52,618 nt of DNA from Octopus sinensis (taxonomy: Eukaryota): NCBI RefSeq assembly GCF_006345805.1, contig NW_021833926.1:1-52618 (forward strand), given 5' to 3'. Below, piece by piece: positions 1-12,190 of the stretch. The notes beneath the pieces are model-generated. The model was not told the DNA's origin and searched no databases. It was given only the letters and a program-made list of their open reading frames with translations. Made by a program: the position numbers and the translations under genes. The stretch's first letter is position 1. Each line of letters starts with the position of its first letter.

Positions 1-97
1 GAAAAGAAGAAGAAGAAGAAGAAGAAGAAGAAGAGAAGAAGAAGAAGAGAAGAAGAAAAGAAAGACAGAAGAGAGAAGAAGAAGAAGAAGAAGAAGA
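1..97. repeat. (GAA)n microsatellite
   Basis: Direct reading: gaagaagaa... with a few interruptions. Confidence 0.95.
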
Positions 98-99
98 AA

Positions 100-626
100 T
101 GCCCTGATGCAGTGCTGTCATGGCTTCTGATCTTAACTGATTGGAAGTGTTATCATGTACATTGTTTTGTCTTGGTATAAAAGATGGGCTACAGCAATAT
201 TCTGCTCAATACCACAGATTTGCTTGTCAGTTGTTTGACCTTAACCAGTTGAGCATGTCCCTTAGTGGTTGACGATATGTACATCTCTGATCACGAGCAG
301 AAGTAGTGGGGGAACATCATAGCCATGTGTTGAGAGGGATTCTTTGGGGGTTGAATAATTCACCTCTGGAAATTTGGGTGCTTTGTTCAACATCCTTAAA
401 CAACCGTTATTCAGGGACTTTTTGAGCGGGATGAGGCACACGACCTGATAAAAATTTTAACTGGGCCTCGCTGTTTATCTTGATATGAGATCACCCTGTC
501 GCGCACATATGGTTGTGATGCATGTGCCTGGTGTCCCCTTAACAGAAGGGTAGTCATGATGGGTATACTGGGCTTCGTATACTTTACCCCAGTGTCACTT
601 TGATGGCATGCACTGCTCTCTCACTC
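100..626 (+). mobile_element. Interspersed repeat (probable retroposon 3' part) ending in an (AAT)n tail
   Basis: Its end (tatactttaccccagtgtcactttgatggcatgcactgctctctcactc) recurs as the reverse complement at 52451-52508; both copies abut an (AAT)n/(ATT)n tract. Confidence 0.6.
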
Positions 627-627
627 G

Positions 628-701
628 ATAATAGTAACAATAACAACAACAAACAACAACAACAACAACAATAATAATAATAAAATAAAATAATAATAAT
701 G

Positions 702-753
<52 letters not shown>

Positions 754-764
754 TAATAATAACG

Positions 765-820
<56 letters not shown>
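628..820. repeat. (AAT)n/(AAC)n microsatellite
   Basis: Direct reading; source of the poly-I and poly-L ORFs 584-849. Confidence 0.95.
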
Positions 821-821
<1 letters not shown>

Positions 822-950
822 GTTTCAAATTTTGGCACCAGGCCAGCAATTTAAGGGATTACATTGACCCCAGTGCTTCAACTAGTAGTCATTGTGCCGA
901 CTCCGAAAAGACGAAAGGATTTGAACTCAGAACGCAATGGGTCGGAAAGT
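820..950 (-). mobile_element. Degenerate tRNA-derived SINE family A fragment
   Basis: cattgaccccagtgcttcaactagt...gatttgaactcagaacg matches the reverse complement of the family A core at 35311-35420. Confidence 0.6.
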
Positions 951-1039
951 TATTATAATAATGTTGATGATGTAGATGGTGGTGCTGGTGGTGGAGGTGA
1001 TAATTAATAAGGAAAATTATTTTTTATTTTCTGATAATA

Positions 1040-2290
1040 ATGCTTTCTTTATTGAACACAATGGCTGATAAAGAGCTTGAAAACGGTACGACACAATACG
1101 AGATTACATGAAAAACATGTAAACAACAGAGATAAAAACCAAAAACTTCAAGACGAAATATTTCATCAAAAGCGGACTGCTCCAAAAATTAATCATGGAA
1201 AGCCCACAAAACCATCATCATTCTAACCGCCATCACATGTGCTCTCTCTTAGTTTCGCTTCTTTAATGTAAAGGCGAATTCTGAGAGCAGACCCGTTCCT
1301 CGAACTTTTCTGGCCAAACTTATCCAGGTTTCAACAAATTCACAAGACAGCCATTCCTTCTCCAGTTTTACTTTAATTTTCAGGTAAAACTTGAAAACTG
1401 CTGAGGAAGTCTTAGCTAAAAAAGAAAGGTAACTATCTTAGGTGCTTTCATTCTCATCCACTACACAACCTTTTTCGCTAAAGCCATGCGACAGATAAAC
1501 ATTGCTTGCCCTTTCAGACCAAAGGAAGACAATGGAGCCATCTTCACAATGGCCTCCAGTTGCACTGATTGGTTAGGGATTTCTGGGAATTATTCATAGG
1601 CCCCGGCCCGAAAATTCTTCAGAGCAAACAAGCTTTTTGATCTTCATCGACGCCAAGAGTTTCTTAAGAATGTCGTCATTTTTGCTCATCAATAATCATC
1701 TAAAAAAAGCTTCAAAGAGAAACTGCCACCAACCGCATTAGCCAACTGGTAGGAAATTGTGTTTGACGACATTCTAGATGCCAAGAGCCCGGTCTTAGTT
1801 TTCGCTTGACCCAGTAATGCACCTCTATCAAAGAGATAAGTTATAAGAAAACGTGTCTCACAAACAATGACCATATCTGTTCACAGTCAGGGAATTGCTG
1901 GAGATGTTACAGCTTATGTACACGCCTGCATGTCATCGAACACAGCATTTCCAGAACTGATGTTGACAGCAAAGTAACTCGTAACCAGTGGAAAACGTTC
2001 CCTCTGCAAAATGCAGACGCTCCAATTCGATCAGACGTGAACTGAGACAAAGCACAACAGTTTGACAACAATAGATGACTAGGGCGGGTCCATTTCTCGA
2101 TGACACTAGTCACCCTATTTGTCACTTTATCCCATTTCTTCTCTACGTGGAGATCAGATTCGAACCAAACCCTAAACAATTTAACCCGTCTACCCGTACA
2201 ACGTCCTAATGTGCTATTGCATGGAAATGCTTTCCCAAGTGCCAAGTTGTGGTAAACCTTTTTCACCACACTTTGGCCGAGGTAGGTCTG
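1040..2290 (-). pseudogene. Degraded L1/Tx1-clade LINE ORF2 C-terminus plus 3' UTR
   Basis: Minus-strand KLFRVWFESDLHVEKKWDKVTNRVTSVIEKW and, further on, AKKVV*WMRMK...FKFYLKIKVKLEKE resemble the post-RT region of Tx1-like LINEs. There are many stops and frameshifts; the 3' end reads agccattgtgttcaataaagaaa. Clade call is from remembered motifs, not a search. Confidence 0.6.
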
Positions 2291-2882
2291 TATGAGGACC
2301 AATTTGTCACTCTCCCCTCTTCCTCCCATCCTCCTTAATCCCTTCTTTCTCCTTTTCTCTTGGTCACTGATTCTGTCCCCTGCCTTCCACCCTTTGATTC
2401 CCTCTCCTCTCTCTCTCTGTCTCTCTCTCTCTCTCTCTCCTGCGACCTGCTGCTTCTTAAACCATTCTGTTGGCCTTCGTATCTCGACCAACATATGTCC
2501 CCGCTACCGAAACGGTAATTATTTCTACGCCAGCTATGTTGTTGTTGTTGTTTTTGTGTCTCATTTGGTCTAAAGTCGTATGACAAACCACCGTTATATA
2601 TTTGTTTATTCATTACAGTTTTCAATTTCGTTTTCGTCTCTTGTATTCACATCCGTCTTGTGCGTTCACATTCCTGTCTTCTACCAAGAAATCTAATGCT
2701 TACAGCTTAGTTTTTTTTTGGGGCTCGCCGAGTTGGAGCAAATATCAGAATTGAACAGCCGAAATTTGCTATGATGATTCGGTGTCTGACTGAAGATTGA
2801 AGGCTTCGAATGATTTGTCTGTGTTCCGTGTTCGTCCCTTCCTGTATTTCACGTTCATTATATATAAAAACATTCATTCATT

Positions 2883-2883
<1 letters not shown>

Positions 2884-2950
<67 letters not shown>
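2884..2950. repeat. (TA)n microsatellite
   Basis: Direct reading. Confidence 0.95.
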
Positions 2951-2953
<3 letters not shown>

Positions 2954-3059
2954 AGCAAAACGCCCCTCCCTCCAATGGACGGTGCAAACATTTAAACCAT
3001 TTTCTCAAAACAACTTGTCCGACCGTCCCTTAGGCCTCCTTTGAGAACACTGATTTAAC

Positions 3060-3395
3060 CTAAATTTGAGACACCAGCAAAAGAAGAAATAAAGAGGACT
3101 TTTTTCTATTCCAAAGAAAACGATTTTATTCACACAAATATGCAACCGAAGAGTTTAAAGTACCAGTAAGTACATCGCAACAGCTGGTGTACTTGCGCGT
3201 GCAAATGCACGTTCTCACGGCTTTATCGATCGCATTCTCACCTGGAATCGATTTTTGTAATTTTTTCAAGACTTATACACGCCCTGATACCGTCGGTATC
3301 TACATATCAAATTTGAGTGCAATCGGATGGAGGATGCCCGAGATACTAGTAGACACACACACAGTCATACAGAACGGATTTTATATAATAGATAT
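3060..3395 (+). mobile_element. Possible non-autonomous Helitron/Helentron-type (DINE-like) element end
   Basis: aaatttgagtgcaatcggatg...acacacacac...ttttatataatagat resembles the DINE/HINE-type 3' architecture; resemblance only. Confidence 0.3.
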
Positions 3396-3399
3396 ATTC

Positions 3400-3790
3400 T
3401 TTTTTTACTTATTTCAGTCATTTGACTGCAGCCATGCTGGAACACCGCCTTTAGTTGAAGAAGTCGACCCCAGGACTAATTAATTGTAAACCTAGTACTT
3501 ATTCTATCGGTGTCTTTGCCGAACCACTAAGTTTCGGGGGACGTAAACACACCAAAATCGGTAACTATCGATGGTGATGGGACAAACACAGACACACAAA
3601 TACATACATACACATATATATATATATATACGACGGGCTTCTTTCAGTTTCCGTCTACCAAATCCACTTACAAGGTTTTGATCAGCACGAGGCTATAACA
3701 GAACATACTAGCGCAAGGTGCCATGCAGTGTGACTGAACCCAAAACCTTGCGGTTGTGAAACAAGATTCTTACTAGACAGACACTCGCGC
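3400..3790 (-). mobile_element. tRNA-derived CORE-like SINE family C/D (head + internal microsatellite + tail)
   Basis: Colinear with 38851-39303; head copies also at 24845-25004 and 44618-44764. The minus strand of the better copies carries caccttgggcaagtgtctt (CORE-like). Confidence 0.8.
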
Positions 3791-3819
3791 GCCTATACAC
3801 ACACACGCACACACACACA

Positions 3820-3876
<57 letters not shown>

Positions 3877-3944
3877 ATATATATATATATACTAAATACA
3901 TACGACAGTTTCAGACATTTATAGCCAAATTACTCAGCACAACG

Positions 3945-4125
3945 ATAGATGGACAGACAGACAGACTGACTGACTGACTGACTGATTGATTGATTGATTG
4001 AGTGAGTGAGTGAGTGAGTGAGTGACTGAATGATTGATTGAGTGGGTGAGTGACTGAATGATTGAGTGAGTGAGTGAGTGAGTGAGTGAGTGAGTGAGTG
4101 AGTGAGTGAGCGAGTGAGTGAATCA
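3945..4125. repeat. (GACA)/(GACT)/(GATT)/(GAGT)n compound tetranucleotide tract
   Basis: Direct reading; a similar tract lies at 6180-6262. Confidence 0.95.
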
Positions 4126-4659
4126 TTTTTTTCACTTCTCACAACTCGAGACTCATGCTACCAGATTTGTTTGTCATGGTTATTCCAAGCTGATTGTATA
4201 TATTATATTCCGGCAGATTAATAATTGTGACTATCAGAATCTTTAGTAAATCCTTTAATTGGCTTCATTGTCATCCACTTGGTTGAATTGGTTTGCTTGT
4301 TGGTGTGTCTGAATTTTGTTCTGTTAATAAGCTGTTGATAATTTTGTTTCCATTGGTCCGTTTGGCATTGTATTCGGTTCCTCTAAATTGTTATTCTACT
4401 GGGATTGCCCACAGCTGTATTGGTGTTCTACCTGAAGTCGCTAACTATCATTCTGTTGAAATGTTATCATTCTGTTGTTTTCAGTTGTTAATTCGCTGCT
4501 TATGTTTTCACTGGTTTGGTCACTGTGGTATTCGATTACTCACAATATTTACAGCTGTCGCTTTTCTACTGTTATTTCGCAATTAGATGTTCACAATGTT
4601 TGTATTTCAAAAACCATTTTCTTTAGAAATATATTTGTGGCAGTGGCTTCAACATGTTA

Positions 4660-5000
4660 CCGATTCATTTTACAGTTGAGTAAGTATATCTGTGGGAAAG
4701 AGGAGAAATGCCCCGGAAGAATATACATAAGGGGTAGCGATATATATTTCTGTCAGTTTATTTATTTTTTATTTTTTAGGTCCCAAATGCTCTGTGACAA
4801 AGACGTTGCATATCTTCTGTATACAATACGGAGCGATGAATATTTTGTATGTACCTACAGTTGAACATCCAATTGGGTGTTGACAAAATTAACATTGTTT
4901 CCCCTTTTCTATCAATCTATTTGATTGTTATCAAATAAACTGATTCATTTTTACAGCTGTTTCCACTTAATATGTATGCTTTTGATTCCACAAAGATGAC
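4660..5000 (-). pseudogene. Degraded PLE GIY-YIG endonuclease fragment (older lineage)
   Basis: Minus strand 4770-4810 translates ATSLSQSIWDLKNKK, matching the TxLSxYIWxLK motif of PLE endonucleases; flanks are frameshifted. Confidence 0.4.
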
Positions 5001-5085
5001 TTTACATTCACGAATTTAGTTTCTAAGTATTTGGTTTCTTACAGTCAGGAATGTTATCTTTTTTATTTTCGTAAACAGTTGTAAG

Positions 5086-5562
5086 TACCGTAAATCCTTG
5101 AGTATAATCAGTATTTTTTTCCCAAAATTTAAAGGTCCAAATCCCTAGTGCGTACTATATACGAGGTTAAAAATGAAAACATTTTATACATTACATGCCC
5201 ATAAAATGCTTCGTAGATCTTATTCAGCTATGTTTAAACTTGAAGTTATATCATATACTGAAGAGCATGGTAATAGGGCCGCCGGAAGAAAATTTATTGT
5301 TGACGAAAGCAAAGTCAGGTTATGGAGAAGAAATAAATATGAAATTAAACAGATGCCAAAGATAAAGACGGCAAGAAGGCAATAATAAAGGACGTTAGCG
5401 TATACATTTTTACAAACCAAGGACGTTATACAGACCTCCTTGACTCAAGTTATAGAAGGGGTGAGTATTATACACAAGGTTTAGGATTCTCAAAGGTACA
5501 GTCCCCTAAAAATCCTCTGCGTATTATACTCAAGGGCGGACTATACTCGAGGATTTACGGTA
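5086..5562 (+). mobile_element. Internally deleted Tc2/pogo-type DNA transposon (TA target duplication, CCGTA termini)
   Basis: Left ta-ccgtaaatccttgagtata and right tatactcgaggatttacgg-ta are terminal inverted repeats with one mismatch; subterminal tatac(t/a)c(a/g)agg motifs at ~5158, 5469, 5525 and 5542. Confidence 0.9.
5173..5385 (+). CDS. Truncated pogo-family transposase N-terminal HTH (Brinker-DBD-like) ORF, 70 aa
   Basis: RRSYSAMFKLEVISYTEEHGNRAAGRKFIVDESKVRLWRR matches the pattern of pogo/POGK-type N-terminal DNA-binding HTH domains and lies within the TIRs. Expression unknown. Confidence 0.65.
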   Translation: MKTFYTLHAHKMLRRSYSAMFKLEVISYTEEHGNRAAGRKFIVDESKVRLWRRNKYEIKQMPKIKTARRQ

Positions 5563-7019
5563 TTTTTTGTGTTGGTCCTGTTGGTTAACCTTTTTTATTT
5601 GTGATACCACTTTTATTGGTGTTCGGAGGTTTTTCTAAGCTGAAAGATATGTTGCACCTGTTGTCTCTTTTTATAGTGTTGTGTTTTCGTTCGTTTGTAT
5701 GACTTTGAATCATAATGTTAATTTGTATCAGCTCATTTTCGGGACTTAATGGTAAAATACTGCTGTCCAGTTGAATATTGTTTTATCAGTGGATATCGTA
5801 GAGATTCTCTGGCCTATGTTCAACAGAAACAACAAATTCTATCTACAGCTGCACAGGAAACCAAAAACATATACCATAGATACTATAAATAATCAAGTAT
5901 CTAGTAGTACACAACAGATAGTTGAAAACAGATGCAACTGCATCATGTTAAAATCATTCCTATTAAATTAATATTGCTTTGAAAAGAGGTAATCTATGAG
6001 ACAACAGTATTGCAAGGTGGGGAACGGAAAGAAATAAAAGCCTTATTAGGCTGACAGGCAAGTCATTCAAAGCCAGATACATCCAACACGTTTTTCATAA
6101 TTTGTAGAAGAACCGCAAAATTTTTATCACGGTATAAAAAGTTATATTAGGCTGAATGACTGGTTGATTATCTATCTAACTGACTGACTGATTGATTGAT
6201 TGAGTGAGTGAGTGAGTGAGAGAGTGAGTGAGTGAGTGAGTGAGTGAGTGAGTGAGTGAGTGATATAACTTCAATAAATTATTGATTGATTCACTTATTT
6301 ATAATTCAGTCATTAATAATTTTATTAATTGTCTAAATGCCTACTTGACAGACTAAGTGACTATCAGCCAGTCTCACTCATTACTCAGGTCGAATGAATC
6401 ACTAGTTTATAGAATGTTTAATTAAAATTACAAAATGCTTTAACCAATAATTCAATAATTTTTTTAACGTCCTACTTTACTAATTTGAGCATCATGTACA
6501 GCTGCGTGGCTAAGAAGCTCACGTTGCAACGACGTGGTTTTTTTACGTCCCTGTGAATCAGCGGTTTAGCAACAGAGATCGATAGACGTGCCAAACTTTA
6601 AAATAAGTACTGGGATCGATTTCTTCGACTAAACCATTCAAGGGAGTTTCCCATCATAGACAGAGCCCAATGACTAACTAAACCAAATAAAATAAAAATA
6701 TAAAAGAATGATCACATTGTCTTTGGTGAAGGCTTGAAGCTCAGTAAGGTTTGCAGCTGTTTCCCTTTACTTGTCAATCAAAGGCTAACATTATTTTACT
6801 CTTAATAGTTTTCATAATCAATACATTTAATGTTACTGTGATTATTTCTGAAAACGAAAATACTGAAAAACAATCAAGTCTACCTAAATATATATCAAAT
6901 ATATGGTTAGTGCCCCTTTAAAACATTTAAATGGCCATTTATTTTTCTAACTGACTTACTAACTATTTCACTGTGCAACTAATTTGTTATTTCTCTAACT
7001 CATTTTCCTTATGTACGTA

Positions 7020-7352
7020 CGTGTGTATATATATATATATACACATATATATATATATATATACACATATATGTATGTATGTATGTATGTATATATACAT
7101 ACATATATACATACATATATATATACATATATATATATATACATATACATATATGCATATATATATATATATATATATGTATATACATGCATATATGTAT
7201 GTATACGTATATATATATATATGTGTGTGTATGTATATATATATATATGTGTGTGTGTATGTGTGTCATGTATATAATATATTGTACATATACATTTATA
7301 TGTATATATATTATATATATAATATTCATATATTTATATATATAGTATACAA

Positions 7353-7382
<30 letters not shown>
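7020..7382. repeat. (TA)n/(TACA)n/(TG)n compound microsatellite
   Basis: Direct reading. Confidence 0.95.
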
Positions 7383-7385
<3 letters not shown>

Positions 7386-8111
7386 CAAAAATTTTTTAAC
7401 TACAAGCACAATTATAACTAGGGTTCAGCGAATTGCTTCACCACATATCGAAATATAGAAATAGCAGTTAAATACTATTCCTCTACCATAAGATATCTCC
7501 CAGACAGCAATACTCTTAATTCACGTAGGTAATGAGAAAAAAATAACGAATCCACCCGGCTTTGATCAACCACATACGCGTTTCTGGATTAAAGAGATGT
7601 AAAATTTTTATTTTTACTCACTTATTTCCGTCTTCAGTGTAGTATTTCAATTGTAAATTTAAGAGTACTAATAATTAAATACATATTCGACCAAGCGATA
7701 TCGAATAGCTAATATCCGAAAACCAGCAGTTCCGAACTTATACAGACGAGTGAAAACTCGCATTCTTCCCCTATCACCCAAGTGCTGGGTTTTGGATATT
7801 AGCTATTCGATGTCGCTCGGTTGAATACGTACTTAATTATTAGTACTCTCAAATTTACAATTGAAATGCTATACTGAGAACGGAAATAAATGAGTAAAAA
7901 TCAAAATTTTACATCTCTTTAATCCAGAAAAGCCGGGTAGGATTCGTTATTTTCTTCTCTTTACCTACGTGAATTAAGAGTATTGCTGTCTGGGAGATAT
8001 CTTATGGTAGAAGAATAGTATTTAACCGCTATTTCTAAATTTCGGTATGTGGTGAAGCAATTTGCTGAATCCTAATTACAATTATGCTTATAATTATAAA
8101 ATTTTTGTATA
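7381..8111. mobile_element. Fold-back/MITE-like element with ~330-350 bp inverted arms
   Basis: 7381-7728 is the reverse complement of 7783-8111 (6 mismatches in the 80 nt 7421-7500, one ~20 nt indel near 7562-7581). Spacer ~55 nt; the termini read tata(a)caaaaattt. Confidence 0.85.
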
Positions 8112-8214
8112 AGGTTACCGATAAAGATTCTTTTAACATGCCGAACTACTTGGTAAAATTATTAATTATTCATTAATTAATTAATTCTACCGTTCATTAT
8201 TATTGAAAATATAA

Positions 8215-8262
8215 TATATAACAAATATATGTACATGTACATATACATATAAATATATATAT

Positions 8263-8336
<74 letters not shown>

Positions 8337-8529
8337 TATGTAAATACATTCATATATATATATATATATATATATCAGATGAAACAATTGTGGCAATATC
8401 TATGTTTTGTTGGTACATTCCGTCTCACTCTTTTTATCTCTAATATATTTATATGTATGTATTATACATTATATGTACGTATATATACATACATATATAC
8501 GTACATAAATCTATGTACGTATATATATA

Positions 8530-8575
<46 letters not shown>

Positions 8576-8600
8576 CTGTGTGCGCGCGCGCGTGTGTTTA
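8215..8600. repeat. (TA)n/(GATA)n/(TG)n microsatellite cluster
   Basis: Direct reading. Confidence 0.9.
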
Positions 8601-9334
8601 TGCATGTATGTATATTATTTATACCGACTCAAGTTGCTGTAATACTGTAAGCTATTATCTAAAAACGTATATCTGAACATATAACAATGATAGCCAAGCT
8701 TGTTAATAGATATTATTGAAAGCACAGTAATTTAACCTTTACTGCTGCAGTCGAATAGAAATATCGACAAACACGGTACAAAAAAATACGTTTTCCTTTT
8801 CAGTGGACAATAAATTAAAAGAGAAAATGGGATAAAAAAAAATTATATGCATAAAAACTATAAAAGAAACCTAAAACACCTTAGACATAGTCGTGTTAAA
8901 TTAAGTAATCACAAGGAATGAGGGAAGTTTCCTAATACTTGAAACTTCTAATGCTATAGCAAAATGGGATAATCATGTCAGTCGAGAGAGTAAACTGTAT
9001 GTTACAACACGCATGAGTGGACTTAACCGGAAGCCAGAACCAGAAGTTGGCTTCTTTTTACGCAGCTCAAATATGGCAGTCACAATAACGAAATAAATGG
9101 ATGAGGTAAGCAACATTCAAACAGAAAGGAACTGGAAACTATAGAAAAGGAAGAATTTAATGCAGATTCTTGAGAATCTCCTTTGAATAGCGAAAGGAAG
9201 TTCCAAACGGCAAAGCTGTCTTTGCTGAGATGACAAATGTTCCGATTCTGGAAATGTGAATCGATTGATATTAAAAGGAGAAAGAAAAGAAGAGACGTAG
9301 GGAAGTGGGGGTTCATGAGAAAGAGTGAAAGGGA

Positions 9335-9337
9335 TAA

Positions 9338-9381
<44 letters not shown>

Positions 9382-9545
9382 GTAGGTAGGTAGGTAGGTA
9401 GGTAGGTAGGTAGTTGGGAGGGAGGGATGGAGGGAGGGAGGGAGAAAGGGTGGTCGGTAGGAGGTAGGTAGGAGGATAGGCACGTAGGCAGGTAGATAGG
9501 GAGGTAAATGGAAAGAGAGAAAGAGAAAGAGAGACAGTGAGACAA

Positions 9546-9596
<51 letters not shown>

Positions 9597-9600
9597 TAGG
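9335..9600. repeat. (GATA)n/(GGTA)n/(GGGA)n/(GACA)n compound tract
   Basis: Direct reading. Confidence 0.9.
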
Positions 9601-10049
9601 CGTAGTGAATCAAAAAGAGAAACGTCAAAATAAAGAGAGTGAAAGGGTGTGCATGTGAGTGTGTATGAGTAAATATATACGTTTATGAAGAAGCGAGTGT
9701 AAAGAAGTATACGTATGTGATCGTATGCGTGAGGAAATGAGGTGTACGTACGTGTGTGATGAAATGTGCGTTTGGGTGTGCGACGGAAACTTGAATGTGT
9801 GTGAGGAAATGTGTGAGAGCGTGAAGCAGTGTACGTGTGAAAAAGTGTGAAGGACTATGTGTATGTGAGAAAACGTGGTGTATGTGTGTGTGTGTGTGTG
9901 TGTGTGGAGGGGGAAGAGGTGGAAGGGAGGGAGAAAGGCATTTAGAGTCAGAGGAACAACCGGAAGTAGATATTTCAGTGAAATGCAGCATGAGAAATAT
10001 ATGTCCCGTGGTACTTGCTTTAGCTGTAGAGAAATATTTAGGCAAAAAC

Positions 10050-10467
10050 ATGTGGTAATGGTGGTGGTGGTGGTGGTGGTGGTGGCGGCGGTGGTGGTGG
10101 TGGTGGTGTTTGGAGGATGGGGCGCGTTGACAGTGGCAGTGATTGTTTATATGATGGTTGGTGGCGGCGACAGCGGTGGCGGTGGTGGTGTGTGGTGGTG
10201 GTGGTGGTGGAGGATGGGGCGCGTTGGCAGTGGCAGTGATTGTTTATACGATGGTTGGTGGCGGCGACAGCGGCGGCGGTGGTGGTGGTGTTGGTGGTGG
10301 TGGCGGTGGTGGTGATGGTGGCGGTGGTGGTGGTGTTGGTGGTGGTGGTGGTGGTGGTGTTTGTTGTTGTCTTTGTTGTTGTTTTTGTTTGTTGTTGTCG
10401 TTGTTGTTGTTGTTGTTATTGTTGGCAGTGGTGGAGTGGGGGTGAGGGTAATGGTGGTTCTTCTGCT

Positions 10468-10499
<32 letters not shown>

Positions 10500-10590
10500 C
10501 AGTTAGTAATGGTGATGGTCAGTTGTAGTCGTTGTGTTTGTGTCGTCGTCATCGTCGTGTTTGTCGTCATCGTCGTCGTCGTGGTGGCAG
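10050..10590. repeat. (GGT)n/(GTT)n/(GAT)n low-complexity region with a ~96-bp direct duplication
   Basis: ggaggatggggcgcgttg...gacagcgg occurs at ~10112 and ~10208. Confidence 0.9.
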
Positions 10591-10599
10591 AATGAAAGT

Positions 10600-11230
10600 G
10601 TCCAGTGAATCAAGAAAAGTGGGGGAAGTTACAATTTGGAAAGATGAAAGCAGAAATTCATAAGATTTACGGAAGATTTGTGGAATTCATGCAAGCTAAC
10701 TTTTCGTGACGAACCATGAAACCCAAAGATTTTTTTGTTGTTGTTGCTTTTTTCTTTTTATTAGTTTGGGATCTTGAGGAAAGGACTGTGCTTAAAACCT
10801 TTCCAGGCTCTCTGAAACAAGTAAAATTAATGTTCCGCATAAAATATAGCTGTTGACCACTTCAGGAAGAGATATATATGAAGGGAAGGATTTCCGGAGG
10901 GTCGATGGTCGTGAAAGGAAGGGGTGTAATTGTTAGTGCATGGGAAAGGGAGGCGGAAATAATGATTCATGAAAGAAGAAGAAAGTGAGGCGAAAACGAT
11001 TGACCAAATATGGCGAGGGACCAGCAAATTCTGAGGAGCAAAGAACACTGTTCTGGTGGTATTAACGAAAAGAGAGTGGAGACTGCACTTACAAGTGTAT
11101 GTGTGACAAAAGTTGGAGTGGGTTAGCGAGGGATTCCACGCTGATAAGTCGAGTAAGCTTTTCTACGGATGCGGTGCAGAATGCTTATGTATGTAACAGT
11201 GGTACCGTCCCAGTCATGGGGGTGGAGCAG
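10600..11230 (-). pseudogene. Degraded LINE ORF2 fragment (L2/CR1-like, between endonuclease and RT)
   Basis: Minus-strand pieces ILHRIRRKAYSTYQR, PRHIWSI and PGKVLSTV occur in the order expected for this region; heavily frameshifted; recognised from memory. Confidence 0.4.
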
Positions 11231-11339
11231 TACTTCTCTGTAGACCCCAGAGTTATTGAGAGATTGTAGTTTTGAGGCGCTGAAGTAATTCACCGGTGGC
11301 AGTAATGGTTAATGTGAATGGCAGTAATTGAGATGGTGA

Positions 11340-11660
11340 AGTTGATGGTGACGGTGGTAGAGTAATGATTGTAATTGACGCTGCGGCGACGGTAGCAGCG
11401 GAGGCGGTAGCAGAGGCGGCGGTAGCAGTAGTGACGGAAGCAGCGACGGTGGAAGCAGCGACGGTGGAAGCAGCGACAGTGGAAGCAACGGTGGCGGTAG
11501 CAGCAGTAGCGGTAGTAGCAGTGGCGATAGCAGCGGCGGCGATAGCAGCGGCGGCGATAGCAGCGGCGGCGATAGCAGCGGCGGCGATAGCAGCGGCGGC
11601 GATAGCAGCGGCGGCGATAGCAGCGGCGCTAGTGGCGAGGTCAACAACGTTGACGGTGGA
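11340..11660. repeat. GC-rich trinucleotide-derived tract with a 15-bp unit (gcgatagcagcggcg) x7 at 11524-11628
   Basis: Direct reading; explains the AAAAI-repeat ORFs. Confidence 0.95.
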
Positions 11661-12099
11661 AGGCGGTAGCGGTTCGGACTTGTGTGAGTCCAACACCCTT
11701 ACCACTAAAGCCATGCGCCTACACTATTTGTTGCTCATTAGCCCCCAAGTGAATCCTAGTTGAACAAGACATATAACGGGAGTCGTTCCAGTCTTGACCA
11801 TCCCATCTGTTCATTATACTTAATATAACAGCTTTCGTTTGAAAACAGCACCGATTGACTCGAGAACGAAATGGCTTGGCTGCTATTTCTAGCAGGTCAA
11901 GCTGAATTGTCCGTCATGCAGGCATTGATGACGAATTGAGATGATAGCACGATCTTAAGAGAAGCCTGCTGACTTTTGATTTTTGATTTCTCAGTTTGAA
12001 AAAAAAAACGAGATATTTGATCAAATGACGAACCGATTGGTGAATCAGCTCATTTGTCCGTTCATGACTTCAATCTCACAGAAACATATTATTCCCTTA

Positions 12100-12157
12100 C
12101 TTCTCTCTATCTCTCTCTAGCTATCTCTATCTATCTATCTATTTATCTATCTATCTA

Positions 12158-12190
<33 letters not shown>

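Noticed and set aside
2785-2820. ctgactgaagattgaaggcttcgaat as a hammerhead
   Set aside because: GAAG/CUUC can pair, but the core spacing is wrong, GAAA is absent, and there is no stem III or cleavage triplet.
11253-11763. Ala-rich ORFs (AAAAI repeats) resembling antifreeze or structural proteins
   Set aside because: They are fully explained by a 15-bp tandem repeat inside a trinucleotide tract; all frames are open, with no splice or expression evidence.
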